Below, piece after piece: positions 11,973 to 24,894 of a stretch of 64,000 bases of DNA. The DNA comes from Octopus sinensis (Eukaryota). The position numbers were made by a program, and so were the translations under genes. Within the stretch, counting starts at the first letter, position 1, and every line of letters begins with the position of its first letter. Location of the stretch: assembly GCF_006345805.1 (NCBI RefSeq), contig NC_042997.1:191084001-191148000 (forward strand). Reading direction: 5' to 3'. The notes beneath the pieces are model-generated. The model saw only the letters and a program-made list of their open reading frames with translations, ran no database searches and was not told the origin of the DNA.

Positions 11973-12574
11973 TCTGTGCTGTATCAGATATATCAATTCA
12001 TGAGCAAGGTCGTTGCCAGTGCCACTCGACTGGCTCCTGTGCAGGTGGCACATAAAAAGCACCATTTGAGCATGACCATTGCCAGTACCGCTAGACTGGC
12101 CCTTGTGCTGGTGGCATGTAAAAGCACCCACTACACTCTTGGAGTGGTTGGCATTAGGAAGGGCATCCAGCTGTAGAAACTCTGCCAGATCAGATTGGAG
12201 TCTGGTGCAGCCATCTGGTTCGCCAGTCCTCAGTTAAATCGTCCTACCCATGCTAGCATGGAAAGCAGACATTAAACGATGATGATAATGATGACGATTG
12301 TTATATACAGTTTACTCTTTGCAATTAACTATAAAACTTAACCATTTATTGCACATGGACTTTCAAAGGCTAATTGCTAGTTAAGAAATAAAGTAAATTC
12401 TAGAGCCAAAGTATAAAGGACCATGAAAGAAAAGACCCTAAAAATAGTTGGGGGCGAAAAACCAAGAGAACAAGAAAGTGTAAAGGGCTATAAAAATGAA
12501 GTAAAATGTAATAAACAGAACTTATTTTAACTAGACCTCTCTAATAGTATATATTATTTGTCATCCATTAACAG

Positions 12575-12672
12575 TACTGGAGTCTGTAAAATTACCTGGA
12601 AGACTACAAATTTTCACAAAAGGAAATATTACTTATTATATGGATGGTGCACACACAAATGGAAGTATGGAA
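12575..12672 (+). CDS. FPGS: FPGS-like exon with PGR and DGAH motifs
   Basis: ACAG/GTATGT boundaries, 98 nt, phase 1-0. ILESVKLPGRLQIFTKGNITYYMDGAHTNGSME corresponds to the FPGS WPGRxQ...YLDGAHT segment. Confidence 0.93.
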
Positions 12673-13669
12673 GTATGTATCTCTAGTCAATCATTATTAA
12701 ATTTTTTGTGTTTAATTCTGTAATTTAAGCTTATCTTTACATAATTTGAGTCTATCAGGATTTTCATATAATCTGCATCTAGTATGTAACATAACTTTTT
12801 CATAAAGTTACATGTCTAGAGTTTGTCAAAATGTCTTTATCATGTCATATGGAAATTTATTTTTATATCTCATGTATGTTTCCTACATGTACCTTCATAC
12901 TGTAAATGAGCTTTGCATCATGTGACTGGGTAGTCATCTAGATCCTCTACAGCAAGAAACCTATTCTGCTCTGGCCCTTTTTTCTCATTCTTTACCCTTC
13001 TCTACTCCCCATCTCCTAGCATAAAGTTATCACCTTGAGGTTTATAATCTTGCAAGTTGCCTGACAACCTGGTAGTGCTGGGAGAATGAAAAAAGTACCC
13101 TGTACATTTTGTAAAGTGGTTGGCATTAGGAAGGGCAGTATTTTACAATAAAGCAGAATCAGAAAACAAGATGTATTATCATTCAGCTAACATAGTGCAT
13201 GGGTCCTCTTAGAATTGTTCCAACTGAAATTAATAGGTATGGTATTTTGTCATGACACTTTGGTTACAGAGATTTGCAGTTGGTTTATGTTCCACACGCA
13301 CACAATATCTATACTTGGTGAAATGAGAAATGTTTCATTGCTTGTGTAAAATAGAATTGTCAACGAAATGGGAACCTAAGGATGCTGCTTTATTAGTCTG
13401 GATAAAACTTTCCGTGCCGGTGGCACGTAAAAAGCACCATCCGATAGTGGCCATTTGCCAGCCTCGTCTGGCACGTAAAAAGCACCCACTACATTCATGG
13501 AGTGGTTGGCGTTAGGAAGGGCATCCAGCCGTAGAAACATTGCCAGATCAGACTGGGCCTGATGCAGCCTTCTGGCTTCCCAGACCCCAGTTGAACCGTC
13601 CAACCCATGCCAGCATGGAAAGCGGACACTAAATGATGATGATGATGATAAGAATAGAAATGGAGCAAC

Positions 13670-14152
13670 GCTTAACAATTACCCAGCCAGTCTAATCAAA
13701 AATGGAAAAGAATGTGCAAAAATGATAGACATCCAAGAGTTACGGAAAACAAGAAAACACCATGACACACTTAAAACTCTATCTTACGTATCAACACACA
13801 ATCCAAGAAACCAGGAAGCATACAACATCATCCACCAAAACATACCCCTCCTTATGAAGGACCCACGAATGAAAAAGGCACTAGAAACACATAGGATTAT
13901 TAAAAGCAAGAGACAACCACAATCCCTAAAAAAATTACTCACCAGTGCCAAATTACCCACCAAAAATACAACCCCACAAGTCAAAAAATGTAACCGCCCT
14001 AACTGCGGAACTTGCATCTTCCTCTTAGAGGACTCAACATACAAATTTAAGTCAGGCCAAACTTTTACCATAGAATATGGCTTCACCTGTGCTTCAAAAA
14101 ACTTAATCTATGTTCTCAAATGTGGAGGATGTGGTGGGGACTACATAGGAAT
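13670..14152 (+). mobile_element. Penelope-like element fragment (linker plus GIY-YIG endonuclease N-terminus)
   Basis: SKRQPQSLKKLLTSAK...KCNRPNCGTC...FTCASKNLIYVLKCGGCGGDYIG. Confidence 0.88.
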
Positions 14153-14809
14153 GTGTGGGAGTTAATTCTGGGGAGATGCAAGATGTATTTTGGTGAGCAT
14201 AGGAAAAATTGAAAATGGAGACAAACGCTCAAGATGTTATTAAATCATTTATATCTTCATATCTTCGACATATGTTTCGATGGATACATTCAAAATAAGT
14301 CCAACAGGATGAATAATGTGGAGCAATGCATCAATCTTATCAGGGAGGATATAAACTACAGTGTGCATCAATTAGACATTTTAACAGATGTCTGTAAAAA
14401 GATAAGTACTGGGGATCAATGATTGTTCAACTAAAACCCTTTAAGGCAGGGGTCCCTTTTTTGCATGGGTCTAGTGAGTGAAACAAGTAAAAGATAAAAA
14501 CAGGCAATTATTTTTGAAATATAAACATGTATGCATGTACACACATACATATGTGTGGTGTGTGTGTGTGTGTGTATGTGTGTATCAGTTGGTCTCACCA
14601 GTTGGTTTGAAGTCTAGATTCACCTTCCACACTTCATTATCATCATGATTTAACGTTTGTCTTCTATTTTGGCATAAGTTGGATGATTCAACAAGGATAA
14701 ATTGAAGGATCCCTTTCTAATGCCAACGATCTACAGACAGTACTTGGTGCTTTTCTTCATGACATTTTCTGTTTTACAAAAATTTTTAATTATTGATTTC
14801 ATTAGGATT

Positions 14810-15460
14810 GTTGTCATAACATGCCGGCGGAAAACAACATCACTAGGTGAGACAAGCTGAAACTGAATTAGCTTCGATGATTGACAGATGACGGTATCAT
14901 TTAGAGAATGCGTGGGCTGAGACTACGCACCTTCATTGGTCGGTTAAAGTTGAGACAGTGTCACGTGACAACTTGCTGGGGCTGCCTGCTGGAGCCTAGC
15001 AGCAGGTATTTAAAGGGAAATATTTGACAAGACAGTCAGTCGCCCGTTGACACTCATTGACACTACATCGAAGAGGCCAGGGAACAGAAGAAAGAAGAAG
15101 AAAGAAGACATGCACCCAACACCAGAGCTGAAGACACCTCCGAAAGGTGGGGGGACGCCACGTCAAAACAGTAGAGGTGTAGGGGCCGAAACTGGACGTG
15201 GTTCCTCCTGATGATGTCTTGAACTAACTGGACCCTATAATCATCATCATTGTTCGACCGTGGTCGAGACAATGGAATTTACCATGCTACACCAGACTTC
15301 ACGGTCCATCATAGCATTACGGAGGTCCTGTTGCTGGATGCCTGTATCCCTGGAGATTACATCAAAGGAGCTGTTGTGGTAGCAGACCACGAAACACGGT
15401 TGAAATTCCTAGATTTTAAACATTCCGTCGGGGACGTTTTTGTCTCCTATTTGCCCGGAT
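14810..15460 (+). mobile_element. Probable Penelope-type pseudo-LTR with decayed hammerhead cores, interrupted by an RTE-like fragment (about 15240-15368, -)
   Basis: ATTGG and TATTTAA promoter-like motifs, then CTGAAGA (15128), GAAAC, CTGATGA (15208) and TGGT-AGCAG-ACCA-C-GAAACACGGTT (about 15377-15401). Folding is imperfect. Confidence 0.4.
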
Positions 15461-15606
15461 AATAATTTCAATTGATCTGAGTTTTTTTTTTCTTTTTCAA
15501 CTCTATATTTTATATATGAGCTCCCAATACCTGAATATGCTCTTAGCAAGTCATACCCTCATTCATTCATACATACTTACTAACTAACAATACTATCTTT
15601 TATCAG

Positions 15607-15656
15607 TGTTGCTGTTCCTGGTTTAAGAAGAAATCTGAACAATGGCCAAGAGATCA
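15607..15656 (+). CDS. FPGS: FPGS-like exon
   Basis: TCAG/GTAAGT boundaries, 50 nt, phase 0-2. CCCSWFKKKSEQWPRD aligns with human ACVRWF. Confidence 0.78.
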
Positions 15657-15689
15657 GTAAGTACATTTTACAGCATGCTATTCTTTTCA

Positions 15690-16506
15690 TCATCATCATC
15701 ATCATCATCATCGTTTAACGTCCGCTTTCCATGCTAGCATGGGTTGGACGATTTGACTGAGGTTTGGTGAACCAGATGGCTGCACCAGACTCCAATCTGA
15801 TCTGGCAGAGTTTCTACAGCTGGATGCCCTTCCTAATACCAACCACCCCGAGAGTGCAGTGGGCGCTTTTACGTACCACCAGCATGAGGGTCAGTCACTC
15901 AAATGGTACTTTTTATGTGCCTCCTGCACAGGAGGCAGTCCAGCAGCACTGGCAATGACCTCGCTCAAATGTTTTTTCATGTGCCACCAGCACTAGTACC
16001 AGTAAGGCGACGCAGGTAACGATCACGCTCGAATGGTGCTCTTTACATGTCATTGGCACGGAGGCCAGCTTGTTGCTCTGGCAATGATCTTGCTCATATG
16101 GTACTCTTAGCACTCCACTAGCACGGATGCCAGTCATCGAATTTGATTTCGATTTCACTTGCCTCAACAGGTCTTTGCAAGCAGAGTTTAGTGTCCAATG
16201 AAGGAAAGGTATGCATAAGTGGGCTGGTTACACCCCTGGCATAGGCCACAAGGTTATGGTCTTACTTGCGCTTGCCAAGTCTTCTGAAGCACAGCATATT
16301 TCCAAAGGTCCTGGTCACTAGTCATTGCCTTGGTGAGGCCCAATGTTCGAAGGTCATGCTTCACCACCTCATCCCAGGTCTTCCTGGGTCTACCTCTTTC
16401 ACAAGTTCACTCAACTGCTAGGCTGTGGCACTTTTTCACACAGCTATCCACATCCATTCTTGCCACATGACCATACCAGCGCAGTTGTCTCTCTTGCACA
16501 CCACAT
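15690..16506 (-). mobile_element. 5'-truncated RTE LINE (ORF2 C-terminus plus 3' UTR)
   Basis: RCGVQERQLRWYGHVARMDVDSCVKKC...RGRPRKTWDEVVKHDL, followed by the repeated-motif UTR and (GAT)n tail. Confidence 0.88.
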
Positions 16507-18877
16507 CTTTTCTTTTTAATTATTATATGTTGGTTCCCCCTACCAAAAAACACAGCAGAACCCTTTAATATCCATATTTCTCTTTGAAACACACTATCTT
16601 TGTTTCACTTAATTTCGAAAATAATGAAGATTCACCTGTGCTGGTGCCACCTCACCTGTGCTAGTCCCACATATAAAGCACTGTTCGCTCTGTTAGGTGG
16701 TTGGTGTAAGGAATAGCATCAAGGCATAAAAACCCTGCCAAAACAGACATTGGAGCCTGGTGCAGTCTTCTGCCTAACCAGCTGCATGGAAAGCGGATGT
16801 TAAAGGATGATGATGATAACAATGGACTTTGTCATTATGAAGCTGTTGTTTGGAATAAATTTTAACGAGAAAATTTGATTGAAGGTTTTTAGGTCACTTT
16901 AAAACAGTAAGTTTGTACCATAGAACTAAGGACAATCTCGGGCAGATTAGTATAAAAACATTCTAATCTCCAGAAGTGTTTACAATGATTGGTGCTTATC
17001 TCTTCTTTTATCACTTATGTGGTTAAAATCTAAATCTCTTCTAGATATAATAACATATGTCACAAGTTGTATTTTCACAAGATCTGATATCTAAATATGT
17101 AGGCAAATGTCCTCTACTATAGCCTTGGGTCAACCAAAGCCTTGTGAGTAGATTTAGTAGACGGAAACTGAAAGAAGCCTGTCATATACATACATACATA
17201 TATGGAGGCACATGGCTTAGTGGTTAGGGTGTTGAACTCATGATCGTTAGGTTGTGGTTTCGATTCCTGGACCGGGTGACGCATTGTGTTCTTGAGCAAA
17301 ACACTTCATTTCACGTTGCTCCAGTTCACTCAGCTGGCAAAAATGAGTAATCCTGGGAGGGACTGGCGTCCTGTCCAGGTGGGGATGGCTCAAGGAACAT
17401 TTATATATATATGTAATTTTTTTCTTCAGAATGAGATAAAAAACCAAGGCTGTGAAGAATCTAGAACATTTATAAATAGGTCTTTTATACACGAATATCA
17501 CAACCATCACATAATTAGATGGTTGTGATATTCGAGTATAAAAGACCTTCTGTTTATAAATGTTCTAAATTCTTCACAGCTTTGGGTTTTTTTATCTCAT
17601 TCTGAAAAAATTTTTTGGTATATATACACATGGTGATATATGACCTACGTTGAACTCCTTATTTGCGTAATCACCAAACCTGGAGTTTAACCACGGTCTA
17701 TCCATAGCACTTACTCAGCATTACCTGACACCTTTGGGTCTTATTGACACCATTACCTCTCATAACCTCTCTCTCTCTCTCTCAACTGATGCTGGTGTGT
17801 TTATGTCCCCATAACTTAGTGTTTTGGCAAAAGTGACCAATAGAATAAGTACTAGGCTTACAAAGAATAAGTCCTGGGGTTGATTTGCTCGACTAAAGGC
17901 GGTGCTCCAGCATGACCACAGTCAAATGACTGAAACAAGTAAAAGAGTATTTCTCCCTGATTGGACATGTTTTCATGGAAGATTGGAAAAGAATGACACC
18001 TCTTGTATAATGGTGAAGCTCACTTACAACAAACAATCAAAAAATACATGCATACAAGTAAGAAAATGTGATGACAAAGGAATAAACAGTTATTATCTTA
18101 TAAACTTTATTAATTTACATCTGCTTCTACAATAAGATGCAGTGGGCTCATAGTTGAGTGCCTGAATAACACCCTCACCACCAAAGAAAAGAAAAGCACA
18201 CTCAATGGAAGGAAAGACCAGTAGCACTGGCAGAGAGATCCTTCAAATGCAGTCACTGTATGTGTGACTACCTCTCCTGTGATCTGCTTAATTGCGAAAT
18301 GATTAGTGGTATTTCGTCTGTCTTATGTTCTGAGTTCAAATTCCACCAAGGTCAACTTTGCCTTTCATTTTTTTTGGGGTCAACAAATTAAGTACCAGTT
18401 GCATACTGGGGTCAATCTAATTGACTGGCCCCCTCTCCAAAAATTTCAAGCCTTGTGCTTAGAGTAGAAAAGAAAAGAATAAACTAGACCCTCGTCTTTC
18501 CTGTTTACATAAAGCTACCTGCTCCCTTAAATATTTTAAGAACATTAAATAACCTCTATAATAGGGCCTATCCTAGGACCAATCAAATTTAGTCCCTCTT
18601 ATGGTGATCCAAAAGTAGATTGAACTGCTTAATTGTCTGAGTCCTTCTATTCTTGTTCTACTTTTCCATTATTTCCTAACCACTCTTACTATCTAACCCT
18701 ATTAACATTACTTGTATAGTATGCAATATTGAAGGAACAAATCATTCCATTTTTGGCATATTCTTTAGTTTCTAATATTACGTTTCATCTAATGATTATG
18801 GTTTTTTGCAATGAAGTAATGTTCCCATTCTTGTATTTAAAAAAATGCATAAGAAACAGTCTGGTAATAACATAACA

Positions 18878-19005
18878 ATATGCTCAGAGTGAATTTGAAG
18901 TCGAATCATATGAACTGATAGTGCTATTCCTTATCCACCTTTCCTGATGGTTACAAGTTCAAATGTAATATTGCTCACTGTATTTTGTGTTAAATGTCTG
19001 TGGAC

Positions 19006-19040
<35 letters not shown>

Positions 19041-20352
19041 TATATATACGGGTGTGTGTGATTGTGTATAGAAGAATATATTAATAAAAGGAATTCCAAC
19101 CTTGTCTGATTTTTACGTTTTATTTACAATCTTATAATGGTATAATATAATATAATATAATATAATATAATAAAATAAAATAAAATAATAGAATGTTAAA
19201 TGTTCATTCTGATTGAACTAGTACTTTCATGCATTAAATTCTGCAATCTTCAGGTTCATGTAGTAGTGGTGACAGTCATGCTTCACAATTTTTGACTGTA
19301 GCGAGATGATTAAATCTGTGCCTTAAATACAGCTGTGTAGGCTCCAGATTGCTAGGTTTTGCAAACTGTATTCTGACCAATCAGTGTATAGTATCACTCA
19401 ATTACTTAAGCTGATTGGTTGGTTGAGCTGATTGGTTTAGGCGTCACGCTTTGTTGAACATGTCAAGAGTCCTGTATCTTAATCCTGGCCAAGGCAGCAA
19501 TTGTTGGGCTACTTTTAGAAATGTTTTAAATAGCCTTTGTCAGAGATTTTTATATTTTTATATTTCAATTGTCATCATCATCATTGTCAGCACCTTAATT
19601 ATTGTTGCTAGTGGTGGCAATAGAACTTTTAACCCTAAATAAGATAATTTTCCTGCTATCTAAGTATTATTATTATTGCTTATTTAGCTTGGGTTCGAAT
19701 TTATCAATAAAATTATTTTCTCTGATTTTCCTTTCGATTTCACTTGGGCTGTGTAATTTGTAGAATGGAAATATTATATATATTTTCCGACCGCATGTTG
19801 CTAGGTGGTTACTCAAAGGTATCTCACAGACCTCTGGGTCTCTACTCTGTTGTTGGTGTACACGTGAGCGTTCTGATAGTGCATTTCCCGTCTGACCTAC
19901 ATATATTTCTCCACAATTGGGCATTTGATGCAGTAAATTAAATTTCTGCTTTTGCAGTTCATATTCGAGTTTGTGAATATTTTCCCGGTTTTTGTGTTTA
20001 TATATTGGCTGGTATGTATGAATTGGCATGTGCCACATCGGCTATCATTGCATTTAGATACAGTGAATGTTTGGTCTTTGTTGCTAAGGTCAAATTTTGC
20101 CTTTGTTAGTAATTTTTTCAAGTTTTTAGGCTGTCTTTTACTAAGACAGATTAGAGACCCAGAGGTCCATGGGATACCTTTGAGTAACCACCTAGCAACA
20201 TGCAGTCGGAAAATATATATAATATTTCCATTCTACAAATTACACAGCCCAAGTGAAATCGAGAGGAAAATCAGAGAAAATAATTTTATTGATAAATTCG
20301 AACCCAAGCTAAATAAGCAATAATAATAATACTTAGATAGCAGGAAAATTAT
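18878..20352. repeat. Near-identical direct duplicate of 20913-22414, including a partial Penelope foldback
   Basis: Base-by-base match apart from a few substitutions, homopolymer indels and (TA)n length. Confidence 0.92.
19214..19258 (-). ncRNA. Minimal hammerhead ribozyme (copy in the duplicated segment)
   Basis: Same 45-nt motif as 21276-21320. Confidence 0.78.
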
Positions 20353-20913
20353 GTTATTACCAGACTGTTTCTTATGCATTTTTTTAAATAGAAGAATGGG
20401 AACATTACTTCATTGCAAAAAACCATAATCATTAGATGAAACGTAATATTAGAAACTAAAGAATATGCCAAAAATGGAATGATTTGTTCCTTCAATATTG
20501 CATACTATACAAGTAATGTTAATAGGGTTAGATAGTAAGAGTGGTTAGGAAATAATGGAAAAGTAGAACAAGAATAGAAGGACTCAGACAATTAAGCAGT
20601 TCAATCTACTTTTGGATCACCATAAGAGGGACTAAATTTGATTGGTCCTAGGATAGGCCCTATTATAGAGGTTATTTAATGTTCTTAAAATATTTAAGGG
20701 AGCAGGTAGCTTTATGTAAACAGGAAAGACGAGGGTCTAGTTTATTCTTTTCTTTTCTACTCTAAGCACAAGGCTTGAAATTTTTGGAGAGGGGGCCAGT
20801 CAATTAGATTGACCCCAGTATGCAACTGGGGCCAGTCAATTTGTTGACCCCAAAAAAAATGAAAGGCAAAGTTGACCTTGGTGGAATTTGAACTCAGAAC
20901 ATAAGACAGACGA
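20349..20913 (-). repeat. Inverted duplicate of 18314-18875
   Basis: Reverse complement matches throughout, apart from an 8-nt replacement at 20830-20837 and rare substitutions. Confidence 0.92.
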
Positions 20914-21042
20914 TATGCTCAGAGTGAATTTGAAGTCGAATCATATGAACTGATAGTGCTATTCCTTATCCACCTTTCCTGATGGTTACAAGTTCAAATG
21001 TAATATTGCTCACTGTATTTTGTGTTAAATGTCTGTGGACAG

Positions 21043-21092
<50 letters not shown>

Positions 21093-21275
21093 GATATATA
21101 TACGGGTGTGTGTGATTGTGTATAGAAGAATATATTAATAAAAGGAATTCCAACCTTGTCTGATTTTTACGTTTTATTTACATCTTATAATGGTATAATA
21201 TAATATATATAATATAATATAATATAATATAATAAAATAAAATAAAATAATAGAATGTTAAATGTTCATTCTGAT

Positions 21276-21320
21276 TGAACTAGTACTTTCATGCATTAAA
21301 TTCTGCAATCTTCAGGTTCA
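21276..21320 (-). ncRNA. Minimal hammerhead ribozyme (left-arm copy)
   Basis: Exact reverse complement of 22792-22836. Confidence 0.8.
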
Positions 21321-21733
21321 TGTAGTAGTGGTGACAGTCATGCTTCACAATTTTGACTGTAGCGAGATGATTAAATCTGTGCCTTAAATACAGCTGTGTA
21401 GGCTCCAGATTGCTAGGTTTTGCAAACTGTATTCTGACCAATCAGTGTATAGTATCACTCAATTACTTAAGCTGATTGGTTGGTTGAGCTGATTGGTTTA
21501 GGCGTCACGCTTTGTTGAACATGTCAAGAGTCCTGTATCTTAATCCTGGCCAAGGCAGCAATTGTTGGGCTACTTTTAGAAATGTTTTAAATAGCCTTTG
21601 TCAGAGATTTTTATATTTTTATATTTCAATTGTCATCATCATCATTGTCAGCACCTTAATTATTGTTGCTAGTGGTGGCAATAGAACTTTTAACCCTAAA
21701 TAAGATAATTTTCCTGCTATCTAAGTATTATTA

Positions 21734-22183
21734 TTATTGCTTATTTAGCTTGGGTTCGAATTTATCAATAAAATTATTTTCTCTGATTTTCCTCTCGATT
21801 TCACTTGGGCTGTGTAATTTGTAGAATGGAAATATTATATATATTTTCCGACCGCATGTTGCTAGGTGGTTACTCAAAGGTATCTCACAGACCTCTGGGT
21901 CTCTACTCTGTTGTTGGTGTACACGTGAGCGTTCTGATAGTGCATTTCCCGTCTGACCTACATATATTTCTCCACAATTTGGGCATTTGATGCAGTAAAT
22001 TAAATTTCTGCTTTTGCAGTTCATATTCGCGTTTGTGAATATTTTCCCGGTTTTTGTGTTTATATATTGGCTGGTATGTATGAATTGGCATGTGCCACAT
22101 CGGCTATCATTGCATTTAGATACAGTGAATGTTTGGTCTTTGTTGCTAAGGTCAAATTTTGCCTTTGTTAGTAATTTTTTCAA
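21734..22183 (-). pseudogene. Penelope GIY-YIG endonuclease domain (5'-truncated ORF)
   Basis: KCNDSRCGTC...NLIYCIKCPNCGEIYVGQT...ERSRVHQQ...ERKIRENNFIDKFEPKLN; no RT domain. The duplicate at about 19673-20145 has a 1-nt frameshift. Confidence 0.9.
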
Positions 22184-22599
22184 GTTTTTAGGCTGTCTTT
22201 TACTAAGACAGATTAGAGACCCAGAGGTCCATGGGATACCTTTGAGTAACCACCTAGCAACATGCAGTCGGAAAATATATATAATATTTCCATTCTACAA
22301 ATTACACAGCCCAAGTGAAATCGAGAGGAAAATCAGAGAAAATAATTTTATTGATAAATTCGAACCCAAGCTAAATAAGCAATAATAATAATACTTAGAT
22401 AGCAGGAAAATTATCTTATTTAGGGTTAAAAGTTCTATTGCCACCACTAGCAACAATAATTAAGGTGCTGACAATGATGATGATGACAATTGAAATATAA
22501 AAATCTCTGACAAAGGCTATTTAAAACATTTCTAAAAGTAGCCCAACAATTGCTGCCTCAGCCAGGGTTAAGATACAGGACTCTTGACATGTTCAACAA

Positions 22600-22735
22600 A
22601 GCGTGACGCCTAAACCAATCAGCTCAACCAACCAATCAGCTTAAGTAATTGAGTGATACTATACACTGATTGGTCAGAATACAGTTTGCAAAACCTAGCA
22701 ATCTGGAGCCTACACAGCTGTATTTAAGGCACAGA
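22600..22735 (+). promoter_or_regulatory. Putative pseudo-LTR promoter (CCAAT x3, TATA-like)
   Basis: CCAATCAG twice, CTGATTGG once, and TATTTAA about 65 nt upstream of the hammerhead. Confidence 0.45.
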
Positions 22736-22791
22736 TTTAATCATCTCGCTACAGTCAAAAATTGTGAAGCATGACTGTCACCACTACTACA

Positions 22792-22836
22792 TGAACCTGA
22801 AGATTGCAGAATTTAATGCATGAAAGTACTAGTTCA
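22792..22836 (+). ncRNA. Minimal type I hammerhead ribozyme (Penelope-associated)
   Basis: Stem I UGAAC/GUUCA, core CUGAAGA, stem II UGCA/UGCA, GAA, palindromic stem III AGUACU, predicted cleavage triplet CUA. Confidence 0.8.
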
Positions 22837-23728
22837 ATCAGATTGAACATTTAACATTCTATTATTTTATTTTATTTTATTATATTATATTATATTATAT
22901 TATATTATACCATTATAAGATTGTAAATACAACATGAAAATCAGACAAGGTTGGAATTCCTTTTATTAATATATATATATATATATATATTAATATTTTA
23001 TAAGCTTAAAGCTTATAGTGTTCACTGCTCAATAACTAAAGAAAATAGTCTAATAACCATTGCAGTGAAAGCATATATATATATATATATATCATCATCA
23101 TCATCATCGTTTAACATCCGTTTTCCACACTAGCATGGGTTGGACAGTTCAACTGGGGTCTGGGAAACCAGGAGGCTGCACCAGGCTCCAGTCTGATCTG
23201 GCAGTGTTCCTACAGCTGGATGCCCTTCCTAACGCCAACTACTCCGTGAGTGTAGTATATATATATATATAAATTTATATATGAGGATAATATCGATATT
23301 TAAGTGTCGAAATTATCAAGTGGCCAGCATGAAAGAAATACCTTACAAAGGTAAGAAAATTTTTAACAATTAAAAATGAGGGTGTCTAAAAGACACCAAC
23401 ATGCCGAAATAGCAGTCGAAACTCTGACTATAAAACCACGTTATATGTTCATATCGCACCATATACATAAATTTCAAATGATGAATATGAGTGCTCAACA
23501 CCACATTGGTGGATATAATTTCTTTATTTGTGAAATAAGGCTACCATTGGTTTCATGTTAAGAAAAGTAGGAAAATATCCTTGTGTCTTAATTTATCTTG
23601 ATGTATTCTTTCCTTGGTGAAATTGGTATATTTCTCAGTCATATCATTATTTCTTGTTTTTCCATGGTTTGATTTGATTCTCTGTCCATGTTTTGTGATT
23701 AACCAGTGTTTGTTGACGTTGGAAGCTT

Positions 23729-23797
<69 letters not shown>

Positions 23798-24815
23798 GTA
23801 AATGATATATAAATATATGCATATATACATACATATATGTACATACCTACATCTATATGTATATATACATGCATATATGGGTACAGAACATCAAAAAAAC
23901 GTGGAACACAATGAGAAACGAAAACATAAAAACAAAAACAAGAACAAAAACATGGAAACAAACTTTTTTTCAAACAACGTAAAAACAGAGTACAAGACAT
24001 ACAACACAAGAAATATCCCCCTTCTTCAGTTGTCCCTGTTTCGTCTACTCCATGTTTCGAAGGTAAGGACAAGATGTGACTTCTTTGAAACAGTCCTTCC
24101 TGAAAAGCAAATTAAATAAAATTTCGTTTCCATGTTTTTGTTTTTATGTTTTCGTTTCTCATTGTGTTCAACGTCTTTTTGATGTCCTGTACCCATATAT
24201 GAATGTATATATACATATAAATGTAAGTATGTACATATATGTATGTATATATGCATATATTTATATATTATTTATATTATTATATGATCGAACATCACAC
24301 ATCCTTTTCCAAGTAAGTTTTATCTATACATACATACATATATATATTTATAAAAATTAGAAAAAAAACCACCTTTTATCAATTCAAAATGAACAATTAA
24401 ATTACACCTTCTAGAAAATTACATATAATCGAAATATTAAAATTAAATTTTTTTTTACTATAATCATTTCTTTAATATAGCCATGAAACACGAGTTGTTT
24501 TTCTACCAAATATATACGTTTTTATTATTATTTTGCAATTTACTTAATCATCGGTATAGTATTGTTATTTTAATTTTAATATTTCTATTATATGTAATTT
24601 TCTAGATGGTGTAATTTAATTGTTCATTTTGAAATTATAAAAGGTGGATTTTTCTAATTTTTATATATATATATATATATATATATTATATTTTGTGAAA
24701 TTTGATTTACTATTTCTAAATTGAATAATTTTTCCCTGTAAGTTAGGAATAATATTCCCTCAAATAATTATTATATATATATATACGAGTTTGTTCATGT
24801 TATTTTCCTTCACAG

Positions 24816-24894
24816 GAACAGTAATATAAGAAAAGCATTACTGTTTAGTGTAAGTGGTAAACGAAAACCAAAAGCAATGATGGAAATATTAAAG
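24816..24894 (+). CDS. FPGS: FPGS-like exon
   Basis: CACAG/GTAAGA boundaries, 79 nt, phase 2-0. QNSNIRKALLFSVSGKRKPKAMMEILK aligns with human VRVLLFNATGDRDPAALLKLLQ. Confidence 0.85.

Larger units (their letters stand above)
21131..22972. mobile_element. Penelope-like element with inverted pseudo-LTRs (foldback) between (TA)n tracts
   Basis: Arms at about 21131-21910 and 22209-22972 with a ~300-bp spacer. Encodes a GIY-YIG C-terminus; each arm has a hammerhead, CCAAT boxes and TATTTAA. Confidence 0.9.

Noticed and set aside
19451-19642. Duplicated 63-aa hydrophobic ORF (also 21512-21703)
   Set aside because: Non-ATG start, antisense to the Penelope pseudo-LTR, and repeated only because of the segment duplication.
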